Positions 18,495-26,002 of a DNA stretch of 36,858 bases are shown here, one piece after another (within the stretch, counting starts at the first letter, position 1; each line of letters starts with the position of its first letter). The translations under genes and the position numbers were made by a program. This DNA comes from Thermodesulfobacteriaceae bacterium (GTDB lineage Bacteria > Desulfobacterota > Dissulfuribacteria > Dissulfuribacterales > UBA3076), in assembly GCA_012961845.1 (NCBI GenBank), contig DTYO01000237.1:1-36858 (forward strand). The letters are read 5' to 3'. Under the pieces are notes generated by a model. That model had not been told where the DNA came from. It made no database searches and worked only from the letters and a program-made list of their open reading frames with translations.

Positions 18495-20312
18495 CTATTC
18501 CTCTTCCTGGCTGGATTTGGAAAGATTGCGGCTGTGCTGAATCAGTTCCTCCTGGAGCAGACTTCCAAGCGTTGTCCCTGTCTGGTTGCCAGAGGCATAC
18601 TCATCGTAATATGACCTCTCCTCATCCTCTGAAATACGTTTTATGGATAGGCCTAGACGCCTCTCGAGTGGAGCCACGTGTATTACTTTCGCTGATATCT
18701 CATCCCCCAGCTCATACATTCCTACCGGAGTCTTGACCTTCCCGGGGCCGAGTTCAGAAACATGGATAAGACCCTCAACCCCCTCCTCCAGTTCCACAAA
18801 CACACCGAAATCGGTTACGTTGGTAATCCTGCCAGTCACTTCTCCGCCAATAGGATACCGTTCGGGCACCGTATTCCACGGATCAGGCTGCAGCTGTTTC
18901 ACACCGAGGGAGAAACGTTCCTTGTCTTTGTCTATGTTGAGCACCACAGCTTGGATTGTCTCGCCTTTCTTGTAGACTTCACCAGGGTGCTTTATTCTCT
19001 TGCTCCAGGACAGGTCTGAGATATGGACGAGGCCGTCAATTCCCTCCTCGATACCTATGAACAGCCCGAAATCGGTTACATTTTTTACCGTGCCTTCTAT
19101 GACTGTACCAATGGGATAACGGTCCTGTATAAGATCCCATGGATTGGGTTCGACCTGTTTAAGCCCCAGGGATATCCTCTTGGCTTCGGGATCCACGCTG
19201 AGCACCACAGCCTCTACAGTATCTCCTACATTGAGGACCTGGGAAGGATGGCGTATCCGTTTGATCCAGGACATCTCGGACACATGGACCAGTCCTTCCA
19301 CCCCTTCCTCCAGCTCAATGAAGGCCCCGTAATCGGTGAGACTTACCACCCTGCCGGACACCTTCTCTCCCATGGGATATTTTTCTTCCACTCTGAGCCA
19401 CGGGTCTTCGGCCAGCTGTTTTATGCCCAGTGAGACCTTTTCGGTCTCCTTGTCATAAGTCAAAACCTTGGCCTTTACGTTATCCCCGACCTTGAAGAGC
19501 TTTGATGGATGTTCAATACGCCCCCACGACATGTCGGTTATATGGAGAAGGCCGTCAATACCGCCAAGGTCTACAAACACCCCGTAATCCGTGATATTCT
19601 TGACGACTCCTTCTCTTACCTGCCCTACCTCCAGGGAGGCTAGGGTTTCACTCCTCTTTTCGGCCCTGTCCCTTTCAAGAAGAACACGCCTGGAGACCAC
19701 GACGTTTTCACGCCTGCGGTTGCATTTCAGTATTGCACACTCCAGAACTTCTCCCACCATGTTTTCCGTATCGCGAACGGGCCGCAGATCTATCTGAGAG
19801 AAAGGCAGGAACGCATACACACCGCCCTTGGCATCTCCTATTCTCACGGAAAGACCGCCTTTGACCTTGGATATTACGGTACAGTCCACCGTATTTTCCG
19901 CCTCAAAGGCCTCAATTATATCCTCCCATACCTGTCTGCGCAGGGCTTTTGCCCTTGACAGGCTCAACATGCCCTCGTCAGGATTCCATCGTTCCAGAAG
20001 TACTTCCACCGTATCGTTCTGCGATACAGTGATTTCGCCGTTTTCATCCATGAATTCCTGGACAGGAATCAGCCCCTCAGACTTGTAACCAACGTCGACT
20101 ATCACAAAGTCCTTGTCAACGCCGACGACATTTCCTTCCAAAATCTGGCCTACCTGAAAAGAACGAAGACTCTTTTCAAAAAGGTCTTCGAATTCACCGA
20201 AATCTTCGGATTCTTCAGCAATATCGTTTTCCGCGTCAGCGGATGCATGCTCCGAATCGGAGACATCTGTTAAAGTTTGTTGTTCTGTTAACTCGCTCAC
20301 CACTTTTTCCAT
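18495..20312 (-). CDS. rpsA: 30S ribosomal protein S1
   Basis: Six S1 repeats are visible (G.V..V..FG.FV.L..G..GL.H.S.. pattern). ATG 20312 is preceded by a GGGGG 10 nt upstream; the listed TTG at 20318 is an alternative start. Confidence 0.95.
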   Translation of the reverse strand: MEKVVSELTEQQTLTDVSDSEHASADAENDIAEESEDFGEFEDLFEKSLRSFQVGQILEGNVVGVDKDFVIVDVGYKSEGLIPVQEFMDENGEITVSQNDTVEVLLERWNPDEGMLSLSRAKALRRQVWEDIIEAFEAENTVDCTVISKVKGGLSVRIGDAKGGVYAFLPFSQIDLRPVRDTENMVGEVLECAILKCNRRRENVVVSRRVLLERDRAEKRSETLASLEVGQVREGVVKNITDYGVFVDLGGIDGLLHITDMSWGRIEHPSKLFKVGDNVKAKVLTYDKETEKVSLGIKQLAEDPWLRVEEKYPMGEKVSGRVVSLTDYGAFIELEEGVEGLVHVSEMSWIKRIRHPSQVLNVGDTVEAVVLSVDPEAKRISLGLKQVEPNPWDLIQDRYPIGTVIEGTVKNVTDFGLFIGIEEGIDGLVHISDLSWSKRIKHPGEVYKKGETIQAVVLNIDKDKERFSLGVKQLQPDPWNTVPERYPIGGEVTGRITNVTDFGVFVELEEGVEGLIHVSELGPGKVKTPVGMYELGDEISAKVIHVAPLERRLGLSIKRISEDEERSYYDEYASGNQTGTTLGSLLQEELIQHSRNLSKSSQEEE

Positions 20313-20348
20313 TACCAATTAACCCCCAAAAAATATAGACAATGCTGC

Positions 20349-20377
20349 TATATAACAGGATGAAGCCTAAAATTCAA
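20349..20377 (-). promoter_or_regulatory. Putative sigma70-type promoter for rpsA
   Basis: On the minus strand the sequence reads TTGAAT (20377-20372), a 17-nt spacer, then TATATA (20354-20349), about 40 nt upstream of the rpsA ATG. This is a motif match only. Confidence 0.4.
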
Positions 20378-20560
20378 TGGCAACAGGGAAGCAAAATCAA
20401 TCACAGGCTTTCGGGAGGCAGGGATTTCGGATGCTGTTTTCGCAGGCATCCTGTGTTACAACCAGCTGAAAACAGGCATGAATTGATCCATAGGCCGAAT
20501 AAAAGGTCCTGTGCGGCACATCAGTTCAGCCTGAAACAAAAAATACCTTGCCGCCTGAAC

Positions 20561-20590
20561 GGCCGGGTACTTCTCTGTACTCCGGCCTTT
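20561..20590 (+). terminator. Orphan GC-rich hairpin followed by TTT, in a divergent intergenic region
   Basis: GGCCGGGTAC (20561-20570) pairs with GTAC(T)CCGGCC (20577-20587). This gives 10 bp with one bulge and a 6-nt loop, followed by TTTC. No annotated gene ends here on either strand. Confidence 0.35.
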
Positions 20591-20800
20591 CAACCAGAGA
20601 GCTGGAACACATCACGGCAATCAGTATTAAACGGGATTTAAGGACAGGCGCTGCCCGGAAACCACAGATCCGGAACAGGGAGCCCGGTAAAAATAACTTG
20701 ATGTAAAAGCATTTATTCCCTATTTTTTGTTCAGTCCGGCACATCTCCGGCCCCTGACCCAGATTACGAAGCTGGCAACCAGGAAGTATCAATACAGAAG

Positions 20801-21547
20801 ATGCCCCATGCAATGACTTCTGCCATTCCAAGACAACAAGAACCCTGCAATGCTTCATCCTCATCAGGTACAGGCAAGAACCGGCCCCTGGCTGTCTGTC
20901 TCGTCAGCGGCGGTCTTGACAGCTGTGTAACGGCTGCCATAGCTGCACGGTCATGCCGAACGGCTTTTCTTCACGTGGGTTACGGGCAGCGTACTCAAAA
21001 AAAGGAGCTTGCTGCATTCACGGCCATTGCAGACCATTACGGAGTCGGGCAGCGGCTTGTGGTGGACCTTTCCTATTTGAAGACCATAGGAGGTTCCGCC
21101 CTCACAGATACCAGCATTCCCGTCCCGGAAAGTTCCCTGGACAACCCGGAAATACCTGTCACATATGTCCCCTTCAGAAACACCCACATGATAGCGGCGG
21201 CGGTATCATGGGGAGAAGTACTTGGTGCCGCTTATGTCTATATAGGTGCCACGGAAGTGGACAGCTCAGGCTATCCAGACTGCACCAGACTCTATTTCGA
21301 TGCGTTCAACAAGTTGATTTCAACCGGCACCAGACCTGAGACAGAAATTGAAATAGTCACCCCTGTCATTGACAGTGACAAGGCACAGGTGGTCAGAAAA
21401 GGTGTAGCTCTGAAGGCTCCCCTCCACCTCACCTGGTCCTGCTATCAAAACCAGGACAAGGCCTGCGGACGATGCGATTCGTGCCTGTTGCGCCTGCGGG
21501 GTTTCGCATCGGCCGGCTGCAAGGATCCAATCGAATATGAATACTGA
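20801..21547 (+). CDS. queC: 7-cyano-7-deazaguanine synthase
   Basis: The LVSGGLDSCV PP-loop and the C-terminal zinc motif CGRCDSCLLR are present. An N-terminal stretch of about 25 aa precedes the PP-loop, so the start (20801 or 20813) is uncertain. Confidence 0.9.
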   Translation: MPHAMTSAIPRQQEPCNASSSSGTGKNRPLAVCLVSGGLDSCVTAAIAARSCRTAFLHVGYGQRTQKKELAAFTAIADHYGVGQRLVVDLSYLKTIGGSALTDTSIPVPESSLDNPEIPVTYVPFRNTHMIAAAVSWGEVLGAAYVYIGATEVDSSGYPDCTRLYFDAFNKLISTGTRPETEIEIVTPVIDSDKAQVVRKGVALKAPLHLTWSCYQNQDKACGRCDSCLLRLRGFASAGCKDPIEYEY

Positions 21548-21932
21548 ATCTGAAAAAACCTTTTCATGCCAATGCTGCGGGCACTGCTGTCACGGAACCG
21601 GAACGGTATCACTTTCCCCTGCTGATCAGGAATCCATCGCCGCGTTTCTGAAGTTGAAGCCAAAGACATTCATAGAGCAATACTGTGTGATAAAAAAGAA
21701 CCGGACTGAAATGAAGATAGAAGACGGGCACTGCATATTTTATGGGAACGACGGGCTGTGCATGATTCATGAAGTCAAACCGTTTCACTGCAGGCAGTGG
21801 CCGCTCCACCCCAGCATACTCGGCGACCAGGGGGCATGGGAGGCCATCAAGTCAGACTGTCCAGGCTTTGATCCCGACATGACTTACTCCGAAGCCTGTG
21901 ATCTTGTGAAGAACTCTAGGAATGAATCCTGA
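21537..21932 (+). CDS. YkgJ-family cysteine-cluster protein (CxxCxxCC, putative Zn/Fe-chelating domain, UPF0153)
   Basis: The sequence shows FSCQCCGHCCHG and, downstream, GHCIFYGNDGLCMIHEVKPFHCRQWP. The gene overlaps queC by 11 nt. Confidence 0.7.
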   Translation: MNTESEKTFSCQCCGHCCHGTGTVSLSPADQESIAAFLKLKPKTFIEQYCVIKKNRTEMKIEDGHCIFYGNDGLCMIHEVKPFHCRQWPLHPSILGDQGAWEAIKSDCPGFDPDMTYSEACDLVKNSRNES

Positions 21933-22728
21933 AATCGTAAAACGCAAGGCGTTCATCTGCTGTCCGTTTGACCTGCTGGTTCAAAAACACCTCCCCGGTC
22001 TCATTGCTGAGCGGATCAACCCGGAAATCGGTCTCAATGGAGGAATCCTAGACAGGTTTACCTGGCCAAGCTTCAACAGGGTCGCCCGGATCATCCGGGA
22101 CGAAGGCCTCAGATGCACTATTCACGCGCCATTCACTGATCTTTCATTGGGTGCCATAGACAGAAAAATACGTAAAATTACAATAGACAGGATAAAGAAG
22201 GCAATTGACCTTGGGTCCCTGTTCCAGGCGGAATCCATAGTCTGCCATACAGGATTTGATCACAGGCACTATTATGGTTCGGAAGACACCTGGCTGGGCC
22301 ATGCTATTGACTCGCTGGATGACGTCGTTGGCCATGCAGCGGCCTGCGGTATTCCCGTCATGCTGGAAAATGTATTCGAGCTAACACCGGACATACATCA
22401 AAAAATTTTCCGGGCAGTTGACTCTGCTTCACTGGGCTTCTGCATGGACACAGGACATCAGGCGGTTTTTTCAAAAACCAGCATGGAAGAGTGGTTGAAC
22501 AGTGTAGGCGACAGGCTCGGGCAGATACATCTCCACGACAACCTGGGTAGACACGATGATCATCTCCCCATAGGGAGGGGTACGGTCAATTTCACCGGGC
22601 TTTTTGAATGGCTCGTCTCAGAGGGGATAAACCCCATATTCACTCTGGAGCCTCACTCCGAAAAGGATGTGTTTGCTGCCATTGAAGGGTTGGCCAGGCT
22701 CCTAAGGCTGTATCCGAGCAGCGACTGA
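21922..22728 (+). CDS. Xylose-isomerase-like TIM-barrel protein (sugar phosphate isomerase/epimerase / AP endonuclease 2 superfamily)
   Basis: The pattern IHAPF...VCHTG...MLENV...CMDTGH...IHLHDN matches the metal-binding strands of this fold. The gene overlaps the upstream gene by 11 nt. Confidence 0.65.
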   Translation: MNPEIVKRKAFICCPFDLLVQKHLPGLIAERINPEIGLNGGILDRFTWPSFNRVARIIRDEGLRCTIHAPFTDLSLGAIDRKIRKITIDRIKKAIDLGSLFQAESIVCHTGFDHRHYYGSEDTWLGHAIDSLDDVVGHAAACGIPVMLENVFELTPDIHQKIFRAVDSASLGFCMDTGHQAVFSKTSMEEWLNSVGDRLGQIHLHDNLGRHDDHLPIGRGTVNFTGLFEWLVSEGINPIFTLEPHSEKDVFAAIEGLARLLRLYPSSD

Positions 22729-22744
22729 GCTTCATAACCGCCAC

Positions 22745-22875
22745 TGAAAAATGTTCTTTTGCCCCGCAACTCTACTGCACGCAAAAAATAATCTTCGAAA
22801 TATCACTAACATGTCTGCGGTTATTTTCCTTGTGCGCCTTGTTACAGAACAAACTCCCTGATTTTTCTTGGTACC
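22745..22875 (+). repeat. Copy A of an unclassified conserved intergenic element of about 125 nt
   Basis: The copy aligns along its whole length with 29380-29512 (reverse complement) and 34194-34313. It shares an exact 25-nt block, AAAAATGTTCTTTTGCCCCGCAACT (22747-22771), with copy B. Confidence 0.85.
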
Positions 22876-22876
22876 C

Positions 22877-23242
22877 TCATGCAAAACGACTTGACTTGAG
22901 CTTGGATACTATGACATCGATCTTCTTGCGGTCACGCTGGCTGAGGTTGGCAAATTTCAGCCCCATTCCCCGTCTCTGCCCCTTCATCCTGCGCAGCTTG
23001 CTCGTATTCCACATCACTTCAGCTTTGACCCTGATCGGATGATGGCACTCTGGCAAAAGAAACTCCAGTATCAGTGTGGTACCAGGTTCAAGAGGCCTGG
23101 GAGTGGCAATAAACAGCCCGCCAGTGCTGAGATTCTCTGCAAAATCTGTGAAAAAACGGTCAACTGTCCGGTAATCCACCTGAATGACAGCCGGAGCCCT
23201 GCGGGCCGCTCTCTTTCCTGAATCTGCCGATACCTGCCCCAT
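22877..23242 (-). CDS. Stand-alone PilZ domain protein (putative c-di-GMP receptor)
   Basis: The sequence has an RRAPA..QVDY N-terminal arginine motif, NLSTGGLF (D/NxSxxG) and GMGLKF. ATG 23242 has a GAGGA 8 nt upstream; the listed TTG at 23257 is less likely. Confidence 0.7.
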   Translation of the reverse strand: MGQVSADSGKRAARRAPAVIQVDYRTVDRFFTDFAENLSTGGLFIATPRPLEPGTTLILEFLLPECHHPIRVKAEVMWNTSKLRRMKGQRRGMGLKFANLSQRDRKKIDVIVSKLKSSRFA

Positions 23243-23366
23243 GTCAATATTCCTCAAATTACACCCTTGCGATAATTGTCGTGTCGGGTTATATATCCCA
23301 GCATTTTATAATACCTGCAATAAAAAACATTGTTAAGTGAAAAAATACAGGAAAGGTCATCTCAAA

Positions 23367-23561
23367 ATGTCGAAAGTATGTGAAATATGCGGCAAGGGTC
23401 CTGTAACAGGATGCAACGTCAGCCATGCAAACAATCACACCAAAAGACGCTGGCTGCCCAACCTGCAAAGGGTCAAGGCAGTGGTAAACGGACAGAAAAG
23501 GTATGTTCGGGCATGTACCCGTTGCATTCGCTCTGGGAAAATCATCAAGCCACCTTTTTAA
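23367..23561 (+). CDS. rpmB: 50S ribosomal protein L28 (Cys-containing, zinc-ribbon type)
   Basis: The sequence [34 protein letters not shown]...CTRCIRSG is L28-like. Confidence 0.9.
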   Translation: MSKVCEICGKGPVTGCNVSHANNHTKRRWLPNLQRVKAVVNGQKRYVRACTRCIRSGKIIKPPF

Positions 23562-23648
23562 ATCTTACTGCGCAACAATCTCCAGGGCAGTCTGGGCACC
23601 CTCAGCGGCCCTGACTGCAACTGCCGAAGTCCCACCTGTGAAGCATCT

Positions 23649-25796
23649 TCAACCGGCCGTAGCGCGGTCTACCATAATGACCCCTTCCACCTTCCGGATT
23701 CCGGAAAACACCTTCCTCAGGTGATCGCCGTCGCTCACCTCGACTACAAAACTGAACAATGCCCTATCATCCGGCGTGGTAGTGACCTTTGCCTTCAGTA
23801 TATTGGCTTCGCTTACGCTGATTGCATTGCTTACTGCCGCCAGCATACCTTTTTGATCAGCAGTTCCGACTTTTATCCTTACCGGAAAGTTTTCAACCTC
23901 TGAAACATCCCAGGTCACATCCACCCTTCTCTCAGGGTCCATGTTGCGGACATTGGAACAATCCTCCCGGTGCACGGTAACCCCTCTCCCCCTGGTGATA
24001 TAGCCCACTACATCGTCTCCGGGGACAGGTGTACAGCACCTCCCTAGGTGGATCATTATGTCGTCGAGTCCGTGAATGAGGATGCCCTGGCGCCTCTTTT
24101 TCCTGGACCGCCTTGCCTCTTTTGAACTTTTCTCATAAGGAACGGGTGATTCTTCAGCCTTTTCTGGAGGCGCAAATTTTCCGGCCACCTGGGCTGACGA
24201 AACCTTGCCGTATCCCACTGCCACCATAAGGTCTTCAAGGGTCTTGAAGGAGAGTGCCTGTGCCACTTCCGCCCCTTTGTCCCTGATCAGTTCACTGAAA
24301 TCCAGCCTCCTCTTCCTGAATTCCCGTACACACAGATCCTTCCCCAGTGCAAGGCTCTTTTCCCTCTCTTCCGTCTTGATCCAGTGCCTGATTCTTGCAC
24401 GGGCCCTGCTGGTCTTGGCCAGCTTCAGCCAGTCTCTGCTGGGGACATGTTGTTTGGATGTAATAATCTCCACCACATCCCCGTTCTTGAGCTGGTACCT
24501 CAAAGGAACCATCCGGCCGTTAATCTTCGCGCCCGCACAATGATGCCCTACCTCTGTGTGGATCGCATATGCGAAATCCACCGGAGTGGCTCCGCTGGGG
24601 AATTCCTTGACCTCACCATCAGGAGTGAACACATATACTTCATTAGGGAAGAGATCCATCTTCACGGACTCCAGAAATTCCCGGGGATCATCCACCTCCT
24701 TCTGCCACTCCATGAGCTGCTGGAGCCAGTCAAACTGCCGTTCCTGCTCTTTTTTTACTGTCCGGCCCTCCTTATAAAGCCAGTGGGCTGCTATCCCCTC
24801 TCTTGCCACCCTGTCCATTTCCTCCGTACGGATCTGGATCTCCATCCGGTCGCCATAGGGCCTTATAACGGTCGTATGGAGAGACTGGTACATGTTCGCC
24901 TTGGGAAGACTTATATAATCCTTGAAACGGCCTGGAACCGGTTTCCACAGTGAATGTACAATACCAAGTGCCTCATAACATTCCTTGGCTGTATTCAGGA
25001 CAATCCTGAAGGCAATGAGGTCATAGACTTGATCAAGGCTTACATTCCGGGTGCGGATTTTACGGAATATGCTGTAGAGATGCTTCGGTCTTCCCAGGAC
25101 CCGGCACGACAGACCGAAGTCGGCCATCTTGTGCGCTATGAGATCCTTAACCTCTTCCACGTACACTTTGCGCTCGCCGAGACGCTCTTCTACCTGTTTG
25201 CGAAGCGCCTGGAATTCTTCGGGATATATATTGTAAAAGGCCAAGTCTTCCAGTTCCCTCTTAATCCAATCAATACCCAAACGGCTTGCCAGCGGCGCGT
25301 AGATATCCAGAGTCTCCCTGGCAATCTTTATCCTCTTTCTCTCTTTCTGGTATCCCAAGGTCCTCATGTTGTGGAGCCTGTCAGCCAGTTTGACCAGCAG
25401 AACCCGTATATCCTTGGACATTGCAAGGATCATCTTGCGGGTATTCTCCGCCTGTTTGTGGACCCGGCTTTGGAACTCTATCTTACTGAGTTTGGTGACC
25501 CCGTCCACGATCAGGGCCACGTCTTTGCCGAACATCTCTTCCAGCTCTTTATCTGTGGCCAAGGTGTCTTCTATGGTGTCATGGAGAAGACCAGCAGCTA
25601 TGCTTGGCATGTCGAGCTTGAGCTTTGCTAGGATATAGGCTGCTGCAAGCGGATGGGACAGATAGGGTTCGCCCGACAGTCTGGTTTGGCCTGCATGGAC
25701 CTTGGCGGAATAAATATACGCCTTTTCCACCAGGCTGGTATCAGCATCAGGGAGATAGGAATTTATTTTCTCTAAGATGTCGTTTATTCGAATCAT
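23649..25796 (-). CDS. relA: Bifunctional (p)ppGpp synthetase/hydrolase (RelA/SpoT homologue)
   Basis: The HD hydrolase domain (HPLAAAYILA...LLHDTIEDT), the synthetase domain (YRSLHTTV-type: MYQSLHTTVI), a TGS domain and a C-terminal ACT domain are all visible. Confidence 0.95.
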   Translation of the reverse strand: MIRINDILEKINSYLPDADTSLVEKAYIYSAKVHAGQTRLSGEPYLSHPLAAAYILAKLKLDMPSIAAGLLHDTIEDTLATDKELEEMFGKDVALIVDGVTKLSKIEFQSRVHKQAENTRKMILAMSKDIRVLLVKLADRLHNMRTLGYQKERKRIKIARETLDIYAPLASRLGIDWIKRELEDLAFYNIYPEEFQALRKQVEERLGERKVYVEEVKDLIAHKMADFGLSCRVLGRPKHLYSIFRKIRTRNVSLDQVYDLIAFRIVLNTAKECYEALGIVHSLWKPVPGRFKDYISLPKANMYQSLHTTVIRPYGDRMEIQIRTEEMDRVAREGIAAHWLYKEGRTVKKEQERQFDWLQQLMEWQKEVDDPREFLESVKMDLFPNEVYVFTPDGEVKEFPSGATPVDFAYAIHTEVGHHCAGAKINGRMVPLRYQLKNGDVVEIITSKQHVPSRDWLKLAKTSRARARIRHWIKTEEREKSLALGKDLCVREFRKRRLDFSELIRDKGAEVAQALSFKTLEDLMVAVGYGKVSSAQVAGKFAPPEKAEESPVPYEKSSKEARRSRKKRRQGILIHGLDDIMIHLGRCCTPVPGDDVVGYITRGRGVTVHREDCSNVRNMDPERRVDVTWDVSEVENFPVRIKVGTADQKGMLAAVSNAISVSEANILKAKVTTTPDDRALFSFVVEVSDGDHLRKVFSGIRKVEGVIMVDRATAG

Positions 25797-26002
25797 ACAG
25801 ACAAAAACCCGGCTCTGAACCTGCTTCAGCAGAACTCAGATCTTCCGACTTTGATTGTCTTCAATATAATCACTGCCTGCAACATGTCTTTCCTGAAACG
25901 GGAATTTCCGACCGCAGTCAGGTGATGCGAAAAAACAACATGACCACATTTATCAGACATTTCAGGCATTGTCTTAATCATTACGCCAAGATCGATGACC
26001 GT

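Noticed and set aside
20641-20800. A possible preQ1 riboswitch in the queC 5' region.
   Set aside because: I could not find the preQ1-I/II hallmarks: a short P1 stem with a C-rich loop followed by an A-rich tail ending near the RBS. Only a small CTGG-CAA-CCAG hairpin and a weak promoter-like TTGATG-17-TATTTT motif are present.
22830-23042. Small ORFs running through the three repeat copies (22830-23042 plus strand, 29273-29497 minus strand, 34254-34487 plus strand). They share the peptide-like string L.LF.L.AL..NK.PDF.
   Set aside because: The shared string reflects nucleotide conservation of the repeat. Differences between copies hit first and second codon positions as often as third positions. 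The ORFs also have different starts and run into neighbouring genes on the opposite strand.
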